A DNA stretch of 64,000 bases from the human T2T-CHM13v2.0 reference genome, Homo sapiens, in assembly GCF_009914755.1 (NCBI RefSeq), contig NC_060936.1; one strand, 5' to 3'. Shown one piece after another: positions 15,138 to 26,486 of this stretch. The notes under the pieces are model-generated. The model had not been told where the DNA came from and did no database searches. It saw only the letters and a program-made list of their open reading frames with translations. Numbering within the stretch: position 1 is the first letter of the stretch; each line of letters opens with the position of its first letter. The position numbers were made by a program, and so were the translations under genes.

Positions 15138-16873
15138 GTTCTTTGAAATTAGTTTTCTCACTTAAACCTCCACTCTGCTCTCCCAGCAACCAGTGAAGGT
15201 TTCTGCATTAAATTTAGTTCAGGTCAAGATTGTAAAAGCAGAAACCCAGGAGGAGAAGAACGTCTGAGCAAAACAATCTTCCTAGCAGAGTTTCTGTTTT
15301 AATACATTTCCCCAGGAGATGGGTTTCAGCTGGAGGCCCTTTTAACCAAGTTGATCTTTGCCCAGAGGGTCGGGGGAGCTCCGTCCCTGCCGGGTTCTTT
15401 GAGGCTCTTCCCAGTGTGAATTAAAGGGTTGGGGCTGGAGCTTGGGAAAATCTCCTGGAGGATCCACAGAGCCGGGGGCTGCTGCCAAGGTCTGAGGTGC
15501 GGCCTCTGGAGGGGAGCCCTGCAGACCCCAGCTGCCCTGGGCTGGACCTCCTGCTCTGGGCCGCCCTCTCTGCTGATCCGCTGGGGTCAGACCCCGGTGT
15601 GGGTGGAGCAGCCACAGGACACATGTGGGTCTCGAAGCCTCCTCTCCTGTGCTCCTGGGGAACAAGTCAGCAGCAGCCCCTGCTCTTTTCCTGCCTGGAC
15701 CACCATCTTCAACAGGTGAATGCACCTCTTTAAAGCCTGGGATGGAGGATAGAGGTTGGGGGATGGGAATGGGGAGGGGATTCCTGGAGTCCCTGGGAAG
15801 GAGGAGGAGGAGGAGGTGGCCCTGGCCTTCAGAGCCCAGTGAGGCCCCATCCCCTGTGAAGGCTGCACTCACCCTGAAGTATGCCTGTGCCCGAGAGATT
15901 TGTTTCCACGTCAGGGTCTCATCTGGCCAACTGCAGGAGCCTCCAGGTGAGCCAGGAAACAGGAACCTGTCATGCAGGGGATTCCCCATCCCAGTTAAAT
16001 ACTTCCCACCCCCAAGTCCCGAGCTGGCACTGGGGCCTCCTGTCTACGTGGTGGGTGTTCTCAGGAGGGAAACCCTCCTCCACTTCCCTGCCAATCGTAC
16101 ACTTTTAAAAAACAAATCCACAAATTAAAACATTTTGACAAGCCGAGGAGTGGTACACCTAACGCCCAATGAATGAGAAAAGAAACGTGAAAAATTCATG
16201 CCTGATTTCACTCCGTATCACAAAAATGAATGTGTTGCTCGGGCTCATACATTTTAGAAAGGAATTTTTGCTAAAAAACAAAAATTGCAACCTTCAGAAA
16301 TGTTGTCTGCTCCCACAGCTCTGAAACAAAAGCACACCCTTCTCCAAGCAGGAGAGAGCCCAGCTCTGCCCCCCGGGGACACCCAGGGCCTTCACCCCAA
16401 ATAGCGGATCCTGTGGGACCCATAGCACTGGGGCCCTGGGGCACTGGGCGCTGGGCCTGCGTGGATTTCCCAGCCTTGCTGGAATTCCGTGCTTCGCAGC
16501 AAACTCCTTCATGCGGGGGAAGCCGGAGGAGAAGGCCCAGGGAAAATGGGTTGTAGACAAATGACAGGCGCCCCGTCCTGGGGGAATCAGGAAGGGGTCC
16601 TGCAGCCCCTGGTGTGGCCCTTTTCCCATGCACAGTCCGGGCCCCCCACGGCTTCTGCAGGACCCACCTCAGCTCCGGGTCCAGGCTGGGCCAGCGCTCT
16701 GTCTCCTCAACGGTGAAACGGGTTGCTCAACCCACTTGCAGGTTGTTGAAGTTCAGGCCTTATCCTCGGGCACAGTCGGTTCTGGAAGCCACAGTCTGCT
16801 GCCTGCAAATGTGCTCCTCAAATCGCCTTCCCACCCGCAGCCCCTCAGCCCACCGTGGTACCAAGTGGCCAAA

Positions 16874-16963
16874 GTCTACGGCCATGCCCCCGAACGCCTA
16901 CGAGCTCATCTGATCTCGGAAGCTAAGCAGGGTCGGACCCGGTTAGAACTTGGATGGGAGACC
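16874..16963 (+). pseudogene. RNA5SP: 5S rRNA pseudogene, 3'-truncated (about nt 1-92 of 5S)
   Basis: gtctacggccat...tctgatctcggaagctaagcagggtcggacccggttagaacttggatgggagacc matches human 5S rRNA with several substitutions; the last ~30 nt and the T terminator are absent. Copy number not verified (RNA5SP377 or RNA5SP376 from memory). Confidence 0.95.
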
Positions 16964-18050
16964 AAATGGCGCCAGCGCTGGGCTTTCTTCCTCAAACCCC
17001 ACGACCACGACAGCGCGATAAACAGGGACCCTGTTGGAGGCCACGTGGGTCACAGGCCTGCACCGGACACAGCACTTCGGCGAAGGCAATGGGGATCCTG
17101 ATTGGCCGCCCAGGGCCCTCCCAGAGCCAGACGCGGAAGGGGAGGGAGCTCTCCCGGGAGCCTCACGCGGGACACTGAGCACAGCCCCTCCGCGCACACG
17201 CGGTTATCGATAAACGCAGACGTGACACGTTCGTGGGTTCTGTTTCCCTGGAGGGCAGCTGGGACTGGTGTGAATTCTCCCGTCTCACCCCACAAATCCT
17301 AACGGGCACCCGCGAGCTTTCTCGTCTCGACTTTCACACGTAAATTGTGTTTTCTTTTTAAAATGACTCGTAGCGCGAGCTCCTGGCGTCCGTGCCAGGT
17401 TGGAATGGAGACGCTGTCCCGGGGGGAGAGACGGGGACGGTTGAGAATTCTCTGGAACCCCCAGCGGCGCAGACACCCACCCGCGGCTGGACGCGCGGAG
17501 CCCGCCCTGGGCCTCCCTCCCCGGCTTCAGGTCCCCGCCTCGGCCCTGCCCACCTGGGGCTGCGCTCCCTGCAAGTCTGCGGCCCCCACGCGGCCCTCGG
17601 CCCCGGCGCGGGTCTTCTGCGGACGCCTCCAGCCAGCTCCGGGTCCCTGCGCGGAGGACGCTGATTCGTGTCGTTAAGCGGGTGAAGCGGGTGTAGACAG
17701 AGGTGCGTCCTGCCCTCCCCACCCGCTGCCCCCGCAGCAGCCACCGAGCCTCGACCGGCGGCTTCCGAATGCACGAAGTCCACGCTCCTGCCCGGGACCC
17801 TGAGTCGGGGCCTGGTCCACGCGCTGCCGCCGCCTCTAGGGCCCTGACCCCTCCCGGGCACAGCGGGCCCGTCCCCGGAGGCGATGCCGGCCCGGGTCTG
17901 CCCTGCGGTTCCCCCTCCCGCGCTGCTTCCTGCCCGCAGTAGGGGCCGCTCCTCACCGCGCAGGCCCCGCTCAGAGGAGCCCCAGAGCTGGAGAGGCCCC
18001 CGCGGCTGGAGAGGCCCCGCCGCCCCCCAGATGCCCCCGGGGCCCTGCCC
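16950..18050. promoter_or_regulatory. CpG island, candidate promoter (probably of a non-coding transcript)
   Basis: Very GC-rich with dense retained CpG over >1 kb compared with CpG-depleted flanks; no recognisable coding exon. Confidence 0.75.
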
Positions 18051-18124
18051 GGTTCTTCCCTTCCCAGCCCCGACGCCTCTGGCTTCACCTCTTCCCTTCA
18101 TTTCACGGATCCGCTTATTTCAGG

Positions 18125-18245
18125 GGAGCTCCAGGAGGGCAGGGATTTTGTCCGTTTCTTTCACTTTTGGATCTGCAGAGCCCAGGACAGCACCTGGCCC
18201 GTAGTAGGTGCCGCAAGAAACGCTTGTTGAAGGAAGGAAGGAACG
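18125..18245 (+). mobile_element. L2 3' end fragment
   Basis: agctccaggagggcagggattttgtc...cccaggacagcacctggcccgtagtaggtgc...ttgttgaa. Confidence 0.75.
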
Positions 18246-18415
18246 AACCCACGAGCATTGCAGGAGGATTCAATGAAAGATCAATTCATCCCACCTCACG
18301 GTAATAGGCACCCTGTTTCCTCCCAGCCCCGAGATTGGAGAGTTTGTTTTCATCCTCCTGTTGTCTGAACACAGCACAGAGCAATCCTGAGACACAAAGC
18401 AACGTGCCTTTCGAA

Positions 18416-18541
18416 ATTTTTAATAAACATGGAATCTTGCTATGCTGGCCAGGCTGGTCTTGAACTGCTAGCCTCAAGCGATCCTCCCTCCTTGGCCTCT
18501 CAAAATGTTGGGATTATAGGCGTGAACCACTGTAACCAGCC
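18416..18541 (-). mobile_element. Alu monomer (FLAM/AluJ left arm)
   Basis: tcttgctatgctggccaggctggtcttgaact...gcctcaagcgatcctccc...gggattataggcgtgaaccac. Confidence 0.85.
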
Positions 18542-19583
18542 TCAAGACAGGCTTTCTAAGACACAAGATTCCGCGTGTCAACTGTACCCACGGAAACCAT
18601 TCCTTAGTTTATTGTCACCGCCATTCCTAACTCTGATGTGAAAATCCCTGCGTTCATCAACATAACCCAGTTAGGGTCGCACTCATCACGGGGCCCCCAT
18701 TGCCTCTGGCGCACCCCACGACTGACATCTGCGGGGCCTTCGCGCTAGGCTTCGAGTTTCAGCTTCCGCACCAGGCCTGCCTTTCTGCAGGGGCCAGGGT
18801 GGGGGTCGTGTGCTGATTGGGCCCTCTGAACCGCCACCGCTGCAGAGGGGCTGTTCCTTCTGTCACATCCCTTGTGCCCGAATCCACCCTGTGTCTTCTC
18901 TTTTCTCAGCAGGACATTTTAAAAGCCCAGACCCCCTCCTTACAGAGCAAATGTCCAGGCTTCGGAGGTCACTGTCACATCCCAAGAACCCCCTTCACCA
19001 GGTGCCACTCTTGAGACTGGACTGAAGCCCCCTGGAGAGGTGAGCTTGGTGGGCTCTGTAGGTTTAGGGAACTTTGAGGTTCACTGCCCTTAGGAGGGAA
19101 GCCCTCTCCGGTTCTCCGCAGTCCCCACCGTTCCCTATCGTCACCCCTGGGCACCTGCACTCCCACGGTTCTGCCTGGGCCTTGGGGGCATTTGAGCCCT
19201 GGGCCCATCCTGAGTTGGTTTGGAGGCTGGGCTGTGTGGAGCTGTGGAAGGCCCTGGGCATGCGGCCAGCTCACTGCTGGGAGCCTGGTTTTCTCACTGT
19301 CCAGCTGTGTGGCTCGGGGGCCCCCGTCTCTATGTCTCAGTGATGACAACACTGGCCGTGTGGGTCCTGGTGGGCCTTGAGTGGGTTCCTCTGCTCAGAC
19401 ATGAGGTGCTTAGACCTCACCCTAGCTCTGCCCTGTGACCTTGGCAGGTCACCCGGGGTCACTTTCCCATCGGAGTGGGGGTGGGGACTGGAACCAGCCA
19501 CTCCCAGGTCCCTCCTCTGAGGTTGCTCTTGGCACTGGTCCTGGGGACAGGGCTGCAGGGGACTCTGGCCTCTCTCTCCCCTC

Positions 19584-20228
19584 TCAGTTCCACTTGCCTT
19601 TGTCCTGCTGCCTGAGGTGAGGACATGGACGGCCGGGTACAAGACGGGGCAGGCAACCTCGCAGTGGTGGTAACCCTGTGCATGAACCCTGGGCCTGGCA
19701 CGTGGACCTCCTGTGACCGTCCCCACAGGCCCGTGAGGCTGAGCTTGGCACTGCCCAAGACCACACAGTCCATGCGCGGTGGAGCTGGGGTCCAGGCTGC
19801 CCACCAGGGCAGTGACTACAATGGTGGCAGCAGGGGACGGTCACCGTCATGAGCTCAAGCCAGGCGCTGCACTGACCTTGAGGGAGGGCTCCATGCTTCC
19901 CCTTCCCACAGCTGCAGTGAGGCCTAGCAGAGCAGGGTCGGCTGCGGGCTTGAGTCCTGGGGTGCCCCTGGGCTGACGGGCCCTGCCTGACCTGCTCCTC
20001 CAGTGCCCCAGCCCTGCCCCACCCACGTCCCCTCCTCTCACTGCCCCCTGGCCCACTCCGCTGCGGTCTCAGTGCCTTCCCAGGCTGGGCATCATCTGAT
20101 GGGAGGAAAGTGAGGGCCCCAGACTCTGTGTCATCCTGGCAGGACCCCTCCCCTCCCATGGCTTTGAGCCCATGAGATGGCCTTGGACAAAGCGGCAATG
20201 GGCCCTTCCTGAGACACAGTGCGGCCAT
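19584..20228 (-). CDS. Hypothetical 214-aa ATG-initiated ORF, no recognisable domain, doubtful coding status
   Basis: One of the longest ATG-started ORFs outside repeats and the CpG island; G/P/R/C-rich composition is also what GC-rich non-coding DNA gives. Confidence 0.15.
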   Translation of the reverse strand: MAALCLRKGPLPLCPRPSHGLKAMGGEGSCQDDTESGALTFLPSDDAQPGKALRPQRSGPGGSERRGRGWGRAGALEEQVRQGPSAQGHPRTQARSRPCSARPHCSCGKGKHGALPQGQCSAWLELMTVTVPCCHHCSHCPGGQPGPQLHRAWTVWSWAVPSSASRACGDGHRRSTCQAQGSCTGLPPLRGCLPRLVPGRPCPHLRQQDKGKWN

Positions 20229-20379
20229 CTACTGGAAAACTGCCCAGTGTGACTCTGATGACTGTGATGTGAATCCTACAGCAAAGTTGAGCAGTGCGCA
20301 ACCTGGGCTACTGCACCTGGCAGCCCCGGCTCCTCCTCGTCTGCCTCTTCCTGCTCCTTCATTCTCCCCCAGAGCTCTA

Positions 20380-20592
20380 ATTGTCACTGAGATTTTATGT
20401 TTCATTTAACAAATGACTGTCTCCCCGCTTGAACAGAACCTCCATGGGGGGAGGGAAGAGTGTCTGTTGTATAAATAGTTGTATTTCAGTGCATAAAACA
20501 GTGCCTGCCTCAAAGGGAGGACTCAGTCAATATCTGTTGAATGAATGAATGAATAATTGCCTGGGTCAACGAATGAATGGCTGAATGAATGA
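20380..20592 (+). mobile_element. L2 3' end fragment with (TGAA)n tail
   Basis: gactgtctcccc...aaacagtgcctgcc...actcagtcaatatctgttgaatgaatgaatgaat. Confidence 0.7.
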
Positions 20593-21810
20593 TTTCTCCT
20601 TTCCCTCGGCACTGTCTGGAGTCCCCAGGACAGGCATGGGCAGCAGTCGCTGGTCTGTGGCCTGTCCCACTGGACTTGGGGTTCTCATGCTTGGTCTGGG
20701 CGGAGATCACCCACCAGGCTCCCAGGTCGATCCTCTGCTCATGGGAAGCTGCGTCCGGCCCAGCTGCCAGGAGCTCACTGCAGGGTGGAGGGAAGAGCAG
20801 GGACGATCTGCGAGCGCCTGAACAGCGCACAAGAGCCGAGGAGCCGCTGCTTAAAATGCAGGCGTTGAGAGGAGTTTCGCCTCCTTTTTTGAGTTGAATA
20901 TGAGATTTCCGAGCAGCCATGACGAGTTGGGTTGGTGGAAGTGGGGAGTCCGTTCCTCAGTCAGATGGAGGAGGGGGTCCCCTTGGATCTCCTCTCGGGG
21001 CTCGAACCCTGATACTTCAAGGTCTCTTCCCACCTGCCCTTGGTGGATCTGGAAAGCTCCTGGGAACAGGGTGGGTCTTCCTTGTTTTAAAGGTTGTAAG
21101 TTGAGAGCACCTCACATAACTGCCTGGGGCGGCTCTGACGGGCCTCAGTCTGCTTGTGATGTCACACAGGAAGCCCCTGGGGACTGGGCCGCTCAAGTCC
21201 TCCTGGGTCAGACCAGATCACTGGGCCTGTGGGTTCCGCAGTGAGTCCAGCATCGTTTCCTGTGCAGTGACCCAGGCCGGGTCCCCATGGGCTCTGACTA
21301 GGGGACAGTGGGACTCGGGGTTGGGGGGCCTGCTTGAGTCATGGCTTCACTGTCCACTGTGACTGGGGACCCCCAGGGGCATTTCTGGGGACGCATTCAC
21401 CTACTGCACTGGGGTTTCTCTTTCAGAACCACAACACCCTGGAAGGCAAGAAATGGGGAGCTGCATCCGCATCCACAGGGTCCCACCAGCCCGGAACATC
21501 CCCGCTGGCCTGGAATCCCACCCCACACACCCCGCTGATCCTGGGCCCGTCCCTGTGACCAGGAGACGGAGTCCAGGGACTCCCCAGGCCTGGGCCACAC
21601 GACTGCCCTAAGAGCCTGGCATCAGGGAGCGGTGCTGTGTGTACCCCCAGGTCCACTGAGAGTAGGGAGGGGGCTTCCCCACGGGTAGGTGGGGATGGAG
21701 GGTGGTCCGAAGATCAGGAGACGGAGCCCCGCCCCGCTTCGCAGGTGAGCAACAAAAGCTCTGAACGGTCAACTGAACTACTTAGGGCGACTGGCGGGAA
21801 TCCAACCAGG

Positions 21811-22010
21811 TCTGCCTGACTGTGTCTGCCTGTGTGTCTCTGCTGTCTCTCCATCTATCTGTCTGTCTGTCTGCCTGTCCATGTGTGTCTGTCTGTCATC
21901 TGTCCGCCTATCTGCCTGTCTGTGTGTCTGTCTGTCCATCTGTGTGTCTGCCTGTCCATCTATCCATCTGTTGTCCATCTCTCCATCTGTCTGTCTGCCT
22001 GTCTGTCTGC
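21811..22010. repeat. (TCTG)n/(TCCA)n simple repeat
   Basis: tctgtctgtctgcctgtccatc runs. Confidence 0.9.
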
Positions 22011-23297
22011 ACAGCCCCTGACCTCACACTCAGGCTGCGTTTGCAGCAGCCGTTTCCCATCTAAGCATCCGTGTCCTCCTTGCTGAGTTGGAGGTAGGAA
22101 GTCACATTGAAATTCTGTGTGTGTGTGAAGGTAAATGAAATCATAGACACAGGAGGAGCAGACCGTCTGCTTCTTAGAGATAATGAAATGACTTCTGGCC
22201 ATGAGCAAAGTGGACACTCTGTCTCCAGGGTCAGCAACCCACCTGCTGGGCCCCAGTCCCTTCTGTGTCCTGGGGTGTGAGGCTCCCAGGAGGCCATGCT
22301 TGGTAGAAAAGGGTCCTATGAGTGGGCCAGGGCAGCCAGGAAGCCAGAGCCACCCAGGGAGTTCCATGGGGGCCACTTAATCATGGAACTCGCCACAGAG
22401 GGGCTGGAGGAGCTGCAGAAGAAATGGTGGGGCGGTGACCCTGAGTTAGGCATCAGCAGGAAGCCACTGCCATCCGGGGCTGCAGGGGCCGGGAAGGGTG
22501 AGCACAGCCAGGGCCTGGGTGGCCAAGTCCAGGGCACCAGGCACAAGCATCCCTGTCCTCTCCCTGTGGAGCCACAATGGCTGTGCTTAGTTCCTCCAGC
22601 AACGTGACATGATGGCACAGTGAGACGTCGCCCACCAGGGAAGCCCACGGAGACTCAGCGCCCAGCGACTAGGGGGCTGGTCACGGGGGCACCTCTGCTT
22701 GGCGCGCACAGACATTCCAGGCCCCCAGAAGGAAACGGGCTCAGGATACCACGTGGTTTCCACAGGAGTTTAGACACAGGAGCTCCTTGCTATTGAGGGA
22801 GGTTGTGTGTCTCCACAGGGAACTGCTGCAGCCAGATTCCAAGACACCAGCCAAGGGCACCCTCACCAGCAGGCCTTTCCCAGGACCACCGTCTCAGGCC
22901 CGCCAGGTCACTCTTTCTGGGCACTTTCTCAGGAGGTTGCTCCAGGGCAGGATGGAAGCACAGAGAGTCCGGGGTTGTCACATTATGCTGGCTGAGTGTT
23001 TAGACCTCTAGAGAGGAGAGCACAAAAGCGGAACAGGAAGCCCAGAACTCCCTCCCGGCAGAAACACCAACTCACAACAGCAAGGCCCAGAAGCCTTTCT
23101 GAGGCAGCTACAAAGTTCTGCGAATTGATACCAAGTGTAAGAAGGTGTAATCTGTGACACTGAGGACATAAAGCGGGGGGTTGTAGAAAGGATAGAGGTT
23201 TTGCATGCAGTTGGAGTTGTTACCAGCTTAAGGTCGATTGTTATGAGATGTTTTATGCAGTCCCCATAGTAACCACAAAGAAAATACCAACAGAAGA

Positions 23298-24100
23298 GCT
23301 GCTTCAAGATGAAGCTGAACATCTTCCCAGCCGCTGGCTGCCAGAAGCTCATTGAAGTGGACGATGAACGCAAACTTCGTAGTTTGTATGAGATGCCTGT
23401 GGCCACAGAAGTTGCTGCTGATGCTCTCGTGAAGCATGGAAGGGTTCTGTGGTCTGGATCAGTGGTGGGAAAGACAAACAAGCCTTCCCATGAAGCAGGG
23501 TGACCCGACCCATGGCCATGTCCACCTGCTACCGAGTAAGCGGCATTCCTGCCATAGACCAAGGAGAACTGGAGAAAGACAGTGAAAACCTGTTCGCCGT
23601 TGCATATTGTGGATGCCAATCTCAGCGTCCTCAACTTGGTTATTGTTAAAAAAAAAAAAAAAAAAAGTAGGAGAGAAGGATATTCCTGGACTGACTGATA
23701 CTATGGCGCCTCGCTGCCTGGGGCCCAGAAGAGCTAGCAGAATCCGCAGACTTTTCTATGTCTCTAAAGAAGATGATGTCTGGAAATATGTTGAAAGCCC
23801 TTAAACAAAGAATGTAAGAAACTGAGGACCAAAGCACCCAAGACTCAGTGTCTTGTTACTCCACGTGTCCTGCAACACAAATGCTGGCATCTTGCTCTGA
23901 AGAAAACAGTGCACTACGAAAAATAAAGCAGAGGCTGCAGAGTAGGCTACACGCTGGCCATGAGAATGAAAGAGGCCAAAGAAAAACATCAGGAACAGAC
24001 TGCCAGGAAATGCAGACCCTCCAGCGGTGAGCTTCTACTTCTAAGTCTGCATCCAGACAAAAGTAAGATTTTTTGAGTAGCAAATAAGATCAGACCCTTC
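23298..24100 (+). pseudogene. RPS6: Processed pseudogene of ribosomal protein S6 (eS6); symbol given is the parent gene
   Basis: Intronless. [24 protein letters not shown]...ATEVAADAL; [14 protein letters not shown]; [22 protein letters not shown]; ASTSKS..QK* with TAA at 24064-24066; multiple frameshifts and stops; TSD-like aaagaaaatac....agaaga on both sides. Possibly RPS6P21 or RPS6P20 (from memory, unverified). Confidence 0.97.
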
Positions 24101-24384
24101 CAAAAGAAAATACTTGTAGAAGATGCAGAAAAGAAAATGAGAAAGAAATCAAAGCAGCTCAATACAAAAAACAAAAAACAAAAACAAAGAAACACAAAGA
24201 AAGGCAGCAAGAGAGGAAAAGAGGAACAAATAATTATAAGACAAACACAAAACAACAAAATAGCAACAGTAAGTCCGTCCCATCAGTCATTAACTTAAAC
24301 ATAAATGGGTGAAACTCCCCAATCAAAAGACATGGAGTGACTGAATGGATAATAAGATGCAGCTATATGCTATCTACAAGACAC

Positions 24385-24661
24385 TTTATATTTTTTTATT
24401 TGTACAAATTCATAGGGCACATGTGAAATGTTGTTATACATATATAATGCATAGTGATCAAGTCAGGGTATAGGGTGTTCACCACCCAAGTACAATATAC
24501 TTTTGTTAACTATATTCACCCTACTCTGCTATCAAATATTGAATTTATTTTTTCTATCTTACTGTTTTTTGTACCCTTCCACCAACTTTTCTTCATCCTC
24601 CCCCATCCCCACTCACCCTTCCCAGTCTCTGTTTTCCGTCTTTCCACTCTCTACCTCCATA
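24385..24661 (-). mobile_element. L1MA-type 3' end inserted antisense into the older L1
   Basis: T tract + ttgtacaaattcatagggcacatgtgaaat...gtcagggta; cacttta flanks both sides. Confidence 0.7.
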
Positions 24662-26177
24662 TCACTTTAGATATAAGGACATACACAGGTTCAAAATGAG
24701 AGGATGGAAAAAGATACTCCATGCAAATGGTAAACAAAAGAGAGCAGAGGTGGCCACACTCATGTCAGACAAAATAGACAAGTCAAAAACTGTCACAGGA
24801 GACAAAAAGGACTTCATACAATGATGAAAAGATAAATTTACTGGGAAGATATAGCAATGATAAACACATATGGACCTATTGACAAAGCACACTAATATGT
24901 AAAACAAACTGACGGAACTGAAGGGAGAAACGCACAGAAATGCAGCAGGAGGTCTGAATACCCCATTTCCAATAATGGATAGATCAGCCAGACAGAAAAA
25001 CAGGGTGAGAGAAGACTTGAGCAACAGCATAGATCAATTGGGCCTGACGGACACACACAGGACACTCTCCAGCAACAGCAGAACACACATTCTTCCTAAG
25101 CACACATGGAACATTCTCCAGGAAAGATCATATGTTAGGCCACAAAATAAATCATAATAAATTTAAGAAGACTGAAATGATGCTTAGTATCTTTTCCAAC
25201 AACGGGATGAAACTAGAAGTTAACAGCAAAAGGAAAATTGGAAAATCCTACAAATATGTGGAAAATAAACCACATTCTTGAATAATCAATGGGTAAAAGA
25301 AGAAACACAAAGGAACTAGAAAATACCTTGAGGCAAATGAAAATAAAAACACAACATACCAAAGTTATACATTAGGTAAAAACATACAGTACTAAGCAAA
25401 AGCAGTACTAGAGGGATGCTTACCATGGTAAATGCCAACCTTAAAAAGAGAAAAAAAATACCTCGAATCGACAACCTAACTTTACACCTCACAGAACTAG
25501 ACAAAAAGCAAATTGAATCCAAAGTTAACATAAAAAAGAAATAATAAAGATCAGTGCCAAAATAAAATAGAGAATAGAAAAACAATAGAAAAAAAAGACT
25601 AAGCTGTTTTTTGAAAAGATCAATAAAATCAAAAACATTTATTAGACTAAAAAAAGAAAAAATATTCAAATAACAAAAGTCAGGAATAAAAGAGGACATG
25701 TTACAACTGATGCTACAGAAATAAAAAGGATCATAAGAAACTAGCATGAACAATTATATGCCAACAAATTGGATAACCTGGAAAAAAAATAGATAAATTT
25801 CCAGAAACATCCAACCTACCAAGACAGAACCATGAAGAAATAAAAAATCTGAACCAACCTATAACTTGTAAGGAAATTGAATTAATAATCAAAAACATCC
25901 CAAAGAAGAAAAGCCCAGGACCAGATGACTTCATGGAGAATTCTACCAAACATTTAAAGAAGAACCAACAGCAATCCTTCTCAAACTCTTCCAAAAAATT
26001 GAAGAGGGAACACCTCCAAACTCATTCTATGAGGCCAGTATTACCCTTATACAAAAATCAAAGATACTACACAAAGAGAAAATTACAACACCAAATCTCT
26101 GATGAATATTCATGCAAAAATCCTAAATAAAATGCTAACAAACACAATTTAATAACAAATTAGAAGGATTACACATC

Positions 26178-26486
<309 letters not shown>

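Noticed and set aside
16874-16963. Functional 5S rRNA gene
   Set aside because: Lacks the 3' ~30 nt and terminator, is diverged, and is not in a tandem 5S array.
17285-18101. 267-aa and 247-aa ORFs in the CpG island
   Set aside because: Stop-poor GC-rich DNA, overlapping ORFs in several frames, no recognisable domain.
23309-24066. Functional RPS6 gene
   Set aside because: Intronless with multiple frameshifts and stops.
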